DNA of 63,983 nucleotides, counting the filler, from Hausera hauseri (lineage: Eukaryota), in assembly GCA_046269625.1 (NCBI GenBank). It is 12 parts of 12 records of this genome, joined end to end, with 100 filler letters (N's around TTAATTAATTAA, not from the genome) between each part and the next. Parts side by side here need not be neighbours in the genome. Positions count along the whole stretch, not along the records: positions 12,757 to 20,064 come from JBJURY010023342.1; positions 20,165 to 26,457 come from JBJURY010116542.1; 10 more parts are not named here. The stretch is one strand, 5' to 3'. The notes under the pieces are model-generated. The model did not search any database and was not told where the DNA came from. It was given only the letters and a program-made list of their open reading frames with translations. This document shows positions 12,757 to 25,800 of this stretch, piece by piece; position 1 is the stretch's first letter, and each line of letters starts with the position of its first letter. The position numbers were made by a program, and so were the translations under genes.

Positions 12757-14216
12757 TAAACTTCAATTTGCCAAAATCCTTTACGTAAATCTAATGTGGT
12801 GAACAACATTTTGTCTTTTAAATTATTCAGTATTTTATCGATCCTAGGTAACGGATAAGTGTTGTCCACTGTTACTTCATACAAGGCGCGGTAATCTAAA
12901 CACATCCTGATAGATCCATCTTTCTTTTGTACCATTACAATTGGGGCTGCCCATGGAGAATTACTTGGTCGAAATATGTCGTGCTGTTTCATCTCAGCTA
13001 TTATTTCTTTTGTCCTTTCTCTTTTATCATAATTAAGCCTATATTGTCTCTTCTTAATGGGAGTCTCCATTCCTTGTTTTAATTTAATTTCATGCTTGAT
13101 GACTGGTATTACTCCCATATCATATTCATCCACTGCGAATACATTCTTACATTGCTGTAATATTTTTATTATGCCTTCTTTTTCTGCATCTGTCAGTGAG
13201 CTCTCTTTACCAAACAAATCATAGTCATTCTAGTTGATAGGGGTTTTCGTAAGTTTTATAGTTTTATTATCTTTATTGAGATGGGTTTTTAATCTAATCA
13301 TTGGCTCGTCCTCGAACCGTATTCCACATTCTGCTTGTGGTTTTTGACGTTGTTTTTCTACGAATTCGGATAATTCTTGTACAGTGGAGATAATAGCTTC
13401 TATTGCCTTATTACCTACATCTTTTGTAATATATATGTAGGCAATTCTTGTGCCTTTCCTCAATAATTTTGGTTTATTTGAAACAGTAGCTATTCGAGAA
13501 ATTACTTGTTGTTCTCGAATATTATCGATCGCATGAGCAATCCATAATTAACTTTTATCCATAAAGTTTACATTTGGTTCAATGTATACATCTCCTTCCT
13601 CTCGACCTTCTACTAAAGCTTTAAACACAACTTCTGTCCTAGCTGGTATTAGTACATATTCTTTGATAGATACCGTATCCTTTTTCTCTTTCTTAATTTT
13701 TCGGTATGGTTGAATTTGTTGGGTTTCTAAATTTATACACATATTTTTTAATTTTGCTAACGCCTTACATTCAAGTATAGCTTCAGCTACTAATTCGTCG
13801 GCTATTCCAAATTCCTGTTCGAATTTTTGATTAAGTACTTTCGTTTCACATTTAATTAAGTCTTTTACCTGCACTTTAGTTCCAAATGCTCCAATATTCG
13901 TAATATCTTCTGTGGGTTTTTGTAATTTCTTTTTTAATTGTTTGGGCAACTGTTTCCGCAAAATCATTGAGGCCGATGCTCCTGTGTCAATTATTGCGGT
14001 GATAGGATATCCATCTATCCATATTACTGTGCTTGATATTACTTTACCTCCATCTATACTGGTTATCAATGCCTGTTTTGGAGCGGATGGATAGAACATG
14101 AGCTTCAAATGCTTTGAGTCATAATTGTCTATACCACTTGAATAATGTATATCTATATATTCATTAGGAGACATAAAGTGTTGCTGTTTTAATTGGTACT
14201 CATTCCACCTTCTCAT
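12757..14216 (-). mobile_element. Ty3/Gypsy aspartic protease - linker - reverse transcriptase N-terminal part (pseudogenised)
   Basis: AIIDTGASAS protease motif; RT motifs SPWAAPIVMVQKKDGSIRMCLDYRAL, YPLPRID, LDLRKGFWQI. ORFs starting at 14216, 13463 and 13217 share one frame, split by single stops. Confidence 0.93.
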
Positions 14217-14399
14217 CTGAGGAATATCTGATATTAAAGTCCTTCGCTTCTTACTTAGAGCAGTAATTAAACTCCATATCCTTCTAGTGTTTTCGGTTGG
14301 TTTAGGTATTTTCTCCTTTATCTTCTTTGGTTGGAATTTGTTTTGATCGTTACTATTATTATCGTCATCATTCTTGTTTTTGTTTTTCTGTTTTCATTC

Positions 14400-16240
14400 A
14401 GCGTCCTTTTTAATCAAAAAGCAACTAGCTACGGATGGAATTAGTGCACAAATAATTTTTCATGTACACTCAACAGCTTGTTTAATGCTCTAACCTTTGG
14501 TTATCATAGTCAAAATTGCTTTATAAAGGCGAAAATATAATAAAATCCCAGACATCCTGAATTAAATTGGCCAAACCACATATACCATCCCCATGCGGTC
14601 GCAAATATATCCTTAGCTATTTTCTAAGCATAGTCCGGTCCTATCAAATTTTCCCTGTTAGCTTTCCCGATGTGATCAGCTAACACTCTCATTGCAATCT
14701 CTGTTAGAACTTTTTGTCTATGTTGAGGGAACATCATCATTCTTCTATGGTTTTTCATATCTTGCTCGGAATACACACCCATCTTTACTAAGTCTATCAA
14801 TGGCTTATACGTTTGTTCGGTTTTGAAATTGATTAAACTAATCCTCCGAGGTGGAGTAATCTGATCCTTCTGCGGCACCCTTATCCATAAGTTATCGCTT
14901 AGTCGATATGCTGGCGACATAGTATATGTACAATTTGGCGTACATATGGTTTTTCTGCCGGATCTAATAATATCCGGGTGATTAATTGCAAGAAACGTGG
15001 TTTTTCCTTGTACCAGATAGGTAACTCCATGGTACAGTCGGTTGTTGGTCTGAGTTTGACAGCTACTTTTGTACAATCGAAAGTTACTAGCGTCTCACCC
15101 ATTGTTTGAGCAAATTTCCATTCTGCATGGGGAGACTCGGCTGGATCTTTTATTATTCCGTCCGTTATCGCAGATAGATATATTCGGTTTCTAATTATCT
15201 CTCTGTTCAATTTACAATCATTTAATATTATTTCTCGATACATAGCATAAATATTTTCTTGTTGGAAGTGATAAATAAAATCAATCTTATTATCGAAATA
15301 GAGATGAGGCTTCACTTCCGATTTATCAATCTTCCTTTTAACTTTTGTTATTTCTGTTGTGGATAAAAATGTCCCTTTATAATTTTTTCGAAATATTGTG
15401 TGGTCGCATCTTCTAGTGTCACTTTCTAATTAAAATCTCATTCCGTCTTGAGGATTTGCGGAATATACCATGGTAGGAGTCTCAATCATATCCGATACTC
15501 GGTCTAGTTTACTCTTAGATATTTCTTCTTTATACATTCGTCCTTTTGTTTCATTGAACTTTCCTGTTTTTAATAAAGCTAATTGACACTGATCCCTATT
15601 GACTTCATATGACATAATTGATTCACCAGTGTCACATTTTTTATTATAATAATCACATTCCGGGAACGTCATCATCTTTCCTGAAGACAGCTCAAAGAGG
15701 GCATCGTATTCTCTCAACTCAACTTGGTAATCTTCAATAGCCACTATATTATCTAAAATTTCGCCATTTATATTGTAAGACTCACCCTTACAATATCCCG
15801 TCTTATCAACTGTTTCAGCCACGAAAATTCTTTTATTGATAGTTTTTCCTTTCTGAGCTTTCAATCTAATATTGCCAATATTAATCTGTTTTGTCACAAA
15901 AGCCTCTATGCACATTCGTTTACTTATAGGAAGTGGTTCGAATGGAGTAGTTGGTTCAACTATTGCTGAGTTTCGGTACCAATATCCGAAAATGAAGTGA
16001 AAGTATTTCTTTCAAACAAAGCATTCTTTTACCTTAGTTTTCACAAACTCTGACTGTTGATAAACGTAGTACTGTTTTTCCTATATAGTAGTTAATGAGG
16101 CTGGATTGGCAAAAGGACATTGTTCTAAATCTAATAAGGAATATATTGGACCTTCATTGGCTTGGCTGCAATCATAAGCAATAATTGAAAGTGCTTCTGG
16201 CATCAGGCTAAACAAAAGAAGTATGGGTATTACTTTGGTT
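14400..16240 (-). pseudogene. Chuvirus/Monjiviricetes-like class III fusion glycoprotein (env-like), embedded in the Gypsy polyprotein
   Basis: Signal peptide VIPILLLFSLMPEALS then IIAYDC..YSLLDLEQC; GYCKG; ECDYYNKKCDTG; HLYFDNKIDFI...MYREIILNDCKLNR; GETLVTFDCTKVAVKLRPTTDCTMELPI; GVYSEQDM..RMMMFPQHR; C-terminal W/G-rich hydrophobic segments. Several stops and two frameshifts. Confidence 0.85.
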
Positions 16241-16698
16241 AGCTATGATAAGTCGAAATCCGGTTGTTGGTTTTGTTGTCTCTCTGATTGCTGAGGTGGA
16301 AGATATTCCATTCGTTGCTGTGTAGTTGGTGTCGATTCATGTATTGTTTTATGGACCAGGCTACTAATCCATCCACCTCTGCACTTTATCCATCCCTCGA
16401 CATTATCCTTTAATGCTCTTGTGGCAATTTCTATATTTCACTGTATTTCCTCCTGGTTCGGATTTACACCGTTCATTACCATTATTGCTGTCACAATTTT
16501 ATTTCGGTACATACCAGTTCCCATCATTCTTGAAAGAATATCCCTCTCCTGTATTTCATTTATCCTCTCGTCTGTAGGGATATCCGCAAATTGTTCACTA
16601 ATCTTTGCAATTTCATTCCTTATAGCATGCATTAGCGAATCCGGTATTTGTAAATTAGTATTAAACTCAACGAATACATTATGCACTCTTGCTAACAA
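16241..16698 (-). pseudogene. Unassigned helical plus Q/P-rich polyprotein segment, in frame upstream of the glycoprotein signal peptide
   Basis: Same frame as the glycoprotein N-terminus, with two in-frame stops; truncated at about 16700. Confidence 0.55.
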
Positions 16699-16699
16699 G

Positions 16700-17410
16700 G
16701 TTCAAAGAGATCAGACTATTGCTCAAGCCTTTGTCGAAGAAATTGTTTTTAATTATGGAGCACCGACTAAATTATTGACGGACCAAGCACCAAACTTCAC
16801 AGGAGAAATTATGGCGGAAATATTAAAAAAATTTCAAATACCACAGTTCAAAACTACTCCGTACCATCCTCAAACGAACATAACAGTAGAAAGATTTAAC
16901 GGAATATTAACTAATATGTTAGCGACCATGGTCAATGAACGACAAGACGATTGGGACGAATATATTAAACCATGTTTATTTGCAATAAGAAATACAATTC
17001 ACCCCGCAACCAAAGAGACACCCTTTTATTTAATGTACCTTAGAGATGCCCATATGCCAATTGATTTGGACTTTAAAATGCCCGTCTCCCATTTAAAAGA
17101 CATGGAATACAAAGAATTATTAGAAGAAAAATTAGGATATGTATGGAATTTAGCCTCACGTCATATAAAGATATGTCAAAAAGAGTATAAAGAACGCTGT
17201 GACGAAAAAGCTAAACCACATGACTTTAAACCTGGGGACAAAGTCATGTTGCATACATCCTTGAGTAAAAAGGAAAATACATCAAAATTAGACAGACCAT
17301 ACAAATGTCCATACATGGTTCAAAAAGTAGACGAAACTAACATCTACTTAAATAAAAATAAAAGAAATAAAATCGACCCCATAAAAGTCCATATGAACAG
17401 ATGTAAACCA
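16700..17410 (+). mobile_element. Ty3/Gypsy integrase core (N-truncated) plus GPY/F-like region
   Basis: TIAQAFVEEIVFNYGAPTKLLTDQAPNF...TTPYHPQTN..VERFN...DWDEY...TPFYLM...FKPGDKVML...KLDRPYKCPY...VHMNRCKP. Confidence 0.93.
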
Positions 17411-17439
17411 GCACCCGTGGAGTCAAAAATAAGGAATGA

Positions 17440-18600
17440 AAACCTCGGTCCATTACTAATAGAAACATTTGTAATATTAACTTTAGTGACTAGTATATCA
17501 GCCGAATCCTTGGCTGTAAATTACAAAGCCGTACAAGTTGGGAAATACCCTTGCATAAAAATCGCGGCTAATCGGAATTTAACAACAGATGAATATATAC
17601 ATATATTCATATCAGAATTACCTATAGTGGAAAAAGCAACGCCAGAAAACTGCGATTTGTACTATAATTATTCAATACACATTTGTTATTGGCTTTAATT
17701 CGGAGAAATGTATAGGATCGAATATGCAATTGGAAAGAGTGATCACAGTTACAGAACATATTTCTCATTCCCTGGTACTACCCATTATTTCCATCGATCC
17801 TATTTTCTTATTTCGTTTTACACTAATGTCATGAAAAATGGACCTTGTGAAACAGCAGAACCCGACATTACAATCACAAAATATATCAAATTTAAATATG
17901 CAATATTAGATGGAATCAACAACATATATTATAAACCAACTTATCAGAATCCTTACTAATCTTGTCCTATTGTTTTTGATAAGGAGTACGCAATATATTA
18001 TTGGACCGCGTATAATGGTTATACATTGTCAAAAACAGCAGATGGTCCGGAGACAATTGCGAAGTCCCTGATAAGGACAACAGAAAAAATAATTATTTTG
18101 GTAACACAACTGAGTAGTTCAAGAACACTACAAAGAATAGTAACTAGTCCAGCAATGGAACCAAAGAAAGCTATTAAGGAATTAGACATAATTATCCAAC
18201 AAACAACGCATTCATTAGTTATTACAGTGACAGATTTAAAGACTACGAAAATAAAGTTTGAATGCTATTTTAATCACAGGGTGGTCGGTGAAGGAATTTT
18301 AACTCCGGAGGAACCAACCTCAGCTTGCATATCTTTAAAAGAAAACACAAGCTATAAAGTTATTATAATAGAATTAAATGAAGAGGGTCAAAATATTCAA
18401 ACTATTAATCGAATAGAAAAGACATTAAAACAAGTGGCTATGACAAATATGAAGGCCATAAAAACAACTAGACCAGATTATGAGAACAACTCAAACTAAT
18501 ATATACAAATAATGATTGTATTATGTGTATTTTTAATACTAATAGTTATATTGTAACTCTTAACAATTTATTGTTCTAAAATAAAACGCAGCCAACGTAG
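17440..18600 (+). pseudogene. Type-I membrane protein (signal peptide, beta-rich/FN3-like ectodomain, TM) in frame after integrase
   Basis: LLIETFVILTLVTSISA signal-like segment; ORFs 16421, 17708 and 18026 share one frame; SLKENTSYKVIIIELNEEG resembles the FN3 LxPxTxYxVxV strand; TM IMIVLCVFLILIVIL*LLTIY followed by basic KIKRSQRR. Confidence 0.65.
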
Positions 18601-18608
18601 GACAAAAA

Positions 18609-19850
18609 ATGTTAAATGAATTAAAACTAATAAGGGAGGACGCCGAAAATGAACCAATAAAGAGAAAAGATGCGTATTACATTAAAAGCCTAAGGCAGGT
18701 TGAAAGACTTGCCGATCAAAAGCGACAAATTCGATCGCCTAAGGATATAACTATATGTCTGTGCACAACTATACAAGATAAGGCCTCTGAGTTCTTGGCG
18801 ACCTATCAAAAGATTAGACAATCAAAATATAAAAACATTTCCATTCTTCAAACCTCTCGGCTAATATTATATTTCTTTGTAGTCCAAGAAGGTTCAGAGC
18901 AAGCCCAAAGACAGAAATCGTTCTACCACAATATTACGGCCAATTCAACGGCAACCATGCATAAAGATTATTCATACTTCGGCAAAGCTTCACGCATACA
19001 AAACAATTTAAAATGTCACTTAGTAACCCAAAGGTGTGGTCTTATTATCAAATTGCAAAGCCGATCGGCGAACTTAACAGATTTAATTGATATTTCTGGG
19101 CGAACCAGATCTGTCTATATTTCAGTAGCAAGAGAGGCCGTTCAACTTAAAAGCAGATTCTTGTCAAATAATATAACCGATACCGTAGAACTTTTGGCAT
19201 TTACGACAATTCACCTTCATCAACAGTTCTACAAAAATGCCGCGATTATTATACGAACTTATACTGGATCATCACCAATAATATATATCGAGGTAACGAG
19301 AAAAGATGTACATAAAGTACAATACGACATGCCTACTTATGAAACACCTATATCAAAACGGTTTAAATTAGAGACAGGTATATCATTCTTTAGAAGTTCT
19401 CAATTTACTAAGCAAGATGTCATGATAGTAGCAATTAATTTAGCTTACACGATGACTCCAATTCGGAATAAAGAAACTACTCCAGTTGAAATCACTATAA
19501 AAACATTGAAGGTGATATTATTTTGGATCAAATTATTTGTCCACGAGATAAAGATGATAACTACAACACATATCACTGGCCTTAAGGAAATGGATTTAAT
19601 AGGTCAAATGGATACTAATCAAGTTGAATCCCAAATGAGGAAAATATTAATCGGAAAACCAATAATCGGAATGTACGTATTTAAACATTCAAATACATCA
19701 TATCTTGGGACAATATCCTTGACCTACGGGATCTATTTTATCATAAAAAAATTAAATTCCAAAATGAAGAAACTACAAAACAAATGTTTACAAGATTTAA
19801 TGAAGGTATTTAGCCGCAGAGAACTTCAGAAAAAGCCTCAACGATATTAA
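18609..19850 (+). pseudogene. Cytoplasmic accessory region ending in a degenerate REX4/ISG20-like DEDDh exonuclease fold (about 19425-19690)
   Basis: IVAINLAY...PVEITIK/(shifted frame)NIEGDIILDQIICPR/...THITGLKEMDLIGQMDTNQVESQMRKILIGKPIIG follows the REX4 pattern; the ExoI acidic residues are absent. Confidence 0.6.
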
Positions 19851-20164
19851 AAATATACAATTCAGTTCCCCGATATAAAAATAAAATCGAAATGTTGAAA
19901 CCACCGTTAGAAACCATGGATACATCAGAAACTACGTTTAATGACCGAGTCTAATCTAAATCCATGAATTCTTTATCCGAAAATAAAAGTCAAGCGACTG
20001 TCTAGACGCCCAAGAATCTTGAACAAATGACAGTACCCATTCAAACATCATCATCCAAAGTTTCNNNNNNNNNNNNNNNNNNNNNNNNNNNNNNNNNNNN
20101 NNNNNNNNTTAATTAATTAANNNNNNNNNNNNNNNNNNNNNNNNNNNNNNNNNNNNNNNNNNNN

Positions 20165-21530
20165 ATTTCATATTAAAAGCCATTAAAATATCTATTCCCC
20201 CACAGCTTCCGGCCTGATTGTTTTTACTATTATCAATTCAATCTCATGTACTTCCTTATCCCACTCCACATTGACTTTTATCTTCCCCAAACAACCATCG
20301 AAAAGACTTCATTTAATATTAAAGCGCACTTAGTTAACCTAGGTTTTCCTATCGCTTTCCAAATCTTTTCACTGATTACTGACATACTGGCTCCACTATA
20401 CAACAACATTTCTATTCCACACTTGTTCAATTTGACTTTACTCCACCACTGTCGGTCTTTCCTCACTACCATTGCTGCATCTCGATTTCATAAATTTTCT
20501 ACGCCAACTCCACTGAAGAAATGATCGCAACAGAATTTCTGGTGTTCAAAGTTTCCTGACTTCGTCTTCATTTGGTACTATTGCGTCCATATGGTCGTCA
20601 TACATCTCTTCCACACACATCGGATTTACCTGTCGTAATTTGAAATAGCTTCTAAATCCGTGTACAGTCCCCACATATCAAACATAAGTTGTTTAAAGGA
20701 CAGTTTCTTCTAATGTGTCCGTGTTTTCCACAACAAAAACAATCACCTTAGATAGCATTTCCTCTTTCGATGCTGGTAAATCTTTCACAGTACTAAAGCT
20801 TTCTGGCTTATATAATACGCACAGTGAGTTGGAGCATGTCTTCTCCCATCTGAGATTAAACTGAAAGGTTGCCTCTTATCCTAAGCAATATTATTGTTCA
20901 TCGACCTCTTTTCGAACCTTTCTTTTATCGGATATTCTGTTCCACTGTTGTGTATGACCAGTCTTCTCTTATATTCCATGGGTTTCACGTATGGTGTATT
21001 TCCGAGATTTTCTTTCGGGAGCATTTACCGCATCTTGGAAAAATTTCTTCACTGGAGCCACTTCTCTGTACTCTTTTCTCTACAGTTTGTCTATCCTCCA
21101 AAATTTTAGCTTCCTCCCTCATCTCTACCGTCATTTTTGGCTTGAAAACAAACAGTCCTCTTAGCATTTTCGAGCTAATTCGTTTTCTAAGAACTTCTTA
21201 AACGAATTCTTCTTTGTTCAAATCGAAAATTTTATCGGTTACTTGAAGGACCCTGATCTCAAATGTCAAGAAATTTTTCTCCTTCATTTTGACACACGTT
21301 GGCCAATTCGACTACCTCATCGAGTGCTCACCTTCCTCATAAACGTAGTTTTATTCCATATTATGAACCCTTCCTCCGACGGTTGGTTCCCCTTTTTTGT
21401 TTAAAATCCGTCCACAAAATTCTGGCTTGTTCCTTAACAAGAATTCACATAGTTCCACAAGTGGCCATCGAAAAAATTTTTTGGAGTGTATCATATCTTC
21501 CAGCCATCATTTTGCTTCATCCGTAAATCA
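20165..21530 (-). mobile_element. Degraded Ty3/Gypsy gag (CCHC knuckle) plus protease
   Basis: CCGKHGHIRRNC knuckle at about 20700-20740; protease motif MLLYSGASMSVI (D>Y). Confidence 0.7.
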
Positions 21531-21794
21531 ACCATCAAATTGCCGAAGTGACGCATCATAGTATTTACGGAAATGTTCGTTATAGTCCGGAGGACTGGTA
21601 TAACCCGGTCCCATGGTCCTGGCTTCATCGCAAGTTAGGATCGGTTTGCTCGGCAAGATCGATGGATCGAAATCCGGAGTATCACCTGACATCTTAAGTT
21701 GGATTGAGTTAAAATTAAAATACAGTTTATTAATTATAAGTGTTCAAACAAATTTTCCGTTTATTAAAAATAAATAATTTTAATTATTTATTTT

Positions 21795-24700
21795 TGAACC
21801 ATCACTGTTATGCTTCTTGACTGCACTCCACAGGCTTACTTCACCATCAATTCTGTCTGAAACATATTCTTCATACAATTTCTGGTCAGTTTCATCAATG
21901 CTCAGGATCTGTGAAAAACGCTCTTATGGGACATAAGCGTGTTATAATGTTGTAAAATTTATCACCTTCAGCGGTAGCTGGGTTACCATGACTAAGTATA
22001 GCTGCATTTATTTTCCTGATTGCCTGATGGTCCTTTCTTATTGAACTAGGACTTAGACCATGATGTTCAGCATTTGTACTGTCAGATTCCATTGCAAAAT
22101 GACTCTTGAACTGTCTTGAAAGAATTGACAAGTTTGGTGTCGATATCAAAGATCCCTGTCTTGCACTGGCATTATTCGAAATCTCAATCAGTCTTGAGTA
22201 TATCTTTATTTGTTTGTTAATATGTTCAATGGCATGATCAGCACCCATTGACACAAATGGAATGCCATATCTAGTGACTTAAAGACTACCTTCTTCACGT
22301 TCCCTCCATGTTTAGGGTAATTTTTAGGAGATAATGCATATGTGCAATGTACCTTGGCCAGTCTCCTATATTTGATCCTATCAAATGCAAAGAACAGCTT
22401 ACAAAGTCATGTTGCAGTTTGTAGATGGAACACAAAATCAGCATTGCGGGATGCTGCAACAAAAAATAAGATTGCCTCCATCTGACGCAAGTACTTTATT
22501 ATGGACTTGAAGATGGCAAATTTAGCCTTTTGTGCTTCACAGTCATTTAATGAGTTCAGCAAACCGGCATTAGTAATAGTTTCAAGCAGATTGGCATTAG
22601 CTTCAATAGTACATTCCCGGTTGGTTGGTTGGTTGGTTGATTGGTTTCTCACCACAGCATGCTATTTCTACTTTCTGTGTTGTTTGCCAGAAAACTTCTT
22701 TCAGCTGTGAGTTTTCTTTTACAAACTCTTCCAACACCAACTCGTATAGAGCAACATACGAGTAAATATGAGAACAAAGAGAACGCTTGTAATGCTTGAA
22801 CTTCAAGATTTGCCCCCTTGTTGCTGCACCAAATACACCGGTTTCTATCCAGGCATAATCTATACCAGAGTTCTCTATAGAAAAACCAAGAGCTCTCAGA
22901 GCAGCCATGATTTCGTGCAATTTCCCAAATCTGGAGACAACTGTATTCTTAAGATTAGGTTTGGCATCCAAAAACTTAATGATCTTTTCGTACAGGGTCA
23001 TATAGAACGAAATAACAGTCGGATGTTCTTCGCCTACTGTCAGGCGTCGCAATTCAGTAGTCGACATAATCACAATTCAACGGGGTTGAATATTCATGCG
23101 CAACTTCAGGAAGCAGTGGTAGAGCACAGACGTTTGTTACTGGAACATTTTCAGAGATCAATGAATTGTAATCTGCCAAAGAATGAATCTGCATAAGATG
23201 GAAGCAATCATTCATCTCAATTGATTCAAACCATACTTGTGAGATATCCCATTTTGCTTCATTGTAAATTGCTCTGTCCTTTTGTATGGTTGTGGTTTTG
23301 GTGAGGCGCACTCCAACATTTTGACGTACTATGGCTGTACAGAGAAAATTTTGCTTCAGTTATTGTCAGATCAGGTGGAACTGGTATACTGAAGCATCAT
23401 CCTTTTGATACACCGCTACTATTGTTCCATGAATTGTGCTTTTAACATCAGAAATATCTTCAGCAATGTCCGTATTGTCAGCTGCGAAAAAAGCCAAACG
23501 TCCCCTTTTTAACAAAAGGTGATACATACAATCCTTGAAAATGCTTTGTGTTTTCCACCACAACATTAGTAAGAGCAGTTTCAAGAAGGAGCGCATGACC
23601 ATATGATACACAATACCTTGACTGTGGAAAAGATCAATCAACGTTTTATTTCGGGTATCATGGTACACTGTAACTGTTAGTCAAAATACTTAGGGATTTT
23701 CCTTTTCCTTTCGTTGTCGGAAGGTTACTGTACCATATATTGACTTGTAGTTCACCTGTCCGTTTGATTTGCATCAATGCAGAATATTTTGGCTAATTGT
23801 TAGTGCGGTATGGTCAATGAAACCCCCTTGTTTTAGATGTTAATTCATCAGCAGGCCCGACAATGATCCTGCGGATCAAACTGTAGAATTCAATTGGAAC
23901 ATTAGCGATGTCACTTACTGCTGGAATCATATTTGCTGAATTTTCCTCTTAGATACAGCAATAGCCTTTCGTATTGTCTGCATTGCTGTAAATACTGTCT
24001 TCATATTATTCATATCATTGTCATCACTTGTTAATGCAAAATGAACCATATCTTTCGCGCATGCTGTTGGACAGTACAACACTGGGTATTCTTCTCTTTG
24101 TCTGCAGTACTGGCACGTGGTAGTGCATTAAGAATCTTGTGCTTTAAACACTGCATGCTGAACGATGAAGTGTGATCTTTCAATCCTTCTTTTCCAATCA
24201 TGGGCATGTGTGTGTTTTCAATGTTATTCATTGAAATAAGCTCTATTTCTAGTTCAATCAAACATGCATTTTGTAATGATTTTTCTGATGAATAATAGTC
24301 AGTGTCATCTGGCCATCGTGCATCATGCAAAACATGTACTGTCCAACAGTGTTTGTGATACTTAATGTCAATAGCATGAGCATCAGCCGTTGAAATAGAG
24401 GTATTAAGTCTGGTAATGAATACAAGGTTATTTGATTTATCACAGCTGACCAGCGTTATATGTTGATGCTTTATGTAATTTTTCACCACTGTCTTCTTGT
24501 AAAAAGAAACAATTCGTTGTTAAACGGCATCCTGCTAGACCCTATGAATGGCAGAGATTTATTTTCTAGGCATAGTTCATCTATTTCACTAATTACTCGT
24601 TTTTTGTCTGGATAGGAATTAGTAGACATTGAATATTCATAACGATCTCGGGCTCGTTGAATATTATCCTTGTTAGTAGCATCTGGATAGCCGCTGCAAT

Positions 24701-24990
24701 GACAAAATATTTGATTTTCACATAGTGCCTGTTTTCACACTCCTTGAGTCGCGTATGCAGATCTACATGTAGTATGCAGATCTACATGTAGTATGCAGAT
24801 CTACATTGCCCTTTTCATTACTGTCTGTAGTAACTTTTGGTATGAATCAAGTCTGGAATTCAACGCAATTAGCCCTTCTTGTGATCGTCGCACTGACAAA
24901 TTATGCAGTTTCAAGTCATTAGCTTCAGGAATAGACACGACTCGACTCAGTTGGTACATATTGCAATTTCTGGATTTAAATTAAAACACA
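21795..24990 (-). mobile_element. Academ-like DNA transposase remnant
   Basis: Ordered motifs DAHAIDIKYHKHC; FFAADNTDIAED..TIHGT..VYQ; VVSRFGKLHEIMAALRALG..IENSGI..AWIE.GVFG..HYKRS; GADHAIEHINK; many frameshifts. Confidence 0.75.
24752..24806 (+). repeat. 19-bp tandem repeat x about 3 (gtatgcagatctacatgta)
   Basis: Directly visible tandem copies. Confidence 0.85.
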
Positions 24991-25094
24991 AGAATTAGGG
25001 GTGAATTTACTAGAGTAAATACAGCTACTACGGACAAAGATATCTACTTAATAGAAATAACTAGTTTCGAAATCACATAGAGCAAATCTGATAA

Positions 25095-25800
25095 TATGAG
25101 ATATGTCCGAAAAGTTCCAGGAATGTGTTCAGAAAAAGTTTATTACCAAATATGTACACAATTTACAAGTTTTCCCTTTCGAAGGAATCACCTCGAATCT
25201 AACGCACTTTTCAATCATGCTCCGCCACGCCTCCATGCATTTCTGGGACGATTACACTGGGATTGTACGCAGTTATGCCGTCACGGCCCTCTGGATGGTT
25301 TCCACATCCGGAAAACGAGTCCTCTTGATAACACCTTGATGTTTGGGAAGGGAAAAGTCAAAGTGGGCCAGGTCTGGTGAGTTGGCAGGTTGCTCCAGCA
25401 CGATGATCTGCTTCTGAGCCAGGAACTGCCGAACACTTAGGCACCATTTTCGCAAGATCTTCCGAATGCCTAAATCTTCAGTGTCAATCTTCCAAAGATT
25501 GTCCCAGTTGATGTCTAACTCACTTATGATTATATCAGTCGGACGATGATCACCATGCACCAGCTGCCTCACACGCTCAATATTGTCCTCCGTTCTGTTG
25601 GTTGAGGGCCTTCTGCTCCTGGAGTCGTCTTCCACGTCCTACCGTCGATCTTTGAATCTCTTGCGCCTCTCAAAAACAAGTCATCTTGGCATCGTTTCAT
25701 TTCCATACACTTGCTGTAGCATTCAGAGTGGTTCTGATGGTATTTTCCCAAGATTAACCAATAATTTCAGGTTGATTCGTTACTCAGCGCTCAGTTTTAA
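25095..25800 (-). mobile_element. Internally deleted Tc1/mariner (mariner-like) element
   Basis: HTH region (LQQVYGNETM...EDDSRSRRPST.RTEDNIERVRQLV) joined directly to FLAQKQIIVLEQPANSPDLAHFDF (YSPDLAP-like); TIR-like end tatgagatatgtccgaaaagttcc at 25095. Confidence 0.85.

Noticed and set aside
16421-16699. Hydrophobic N-terminal extension of the integrase ORF
   Set aside because: Antisense read-through of the minus-strand polyprotein across the breakpoint.
12757-20064. Alternative genetic code explaining the in-frame stops in the retroelement
   Set aside because: All three stop types occur together with frameshifts, as expected for neutral decay.
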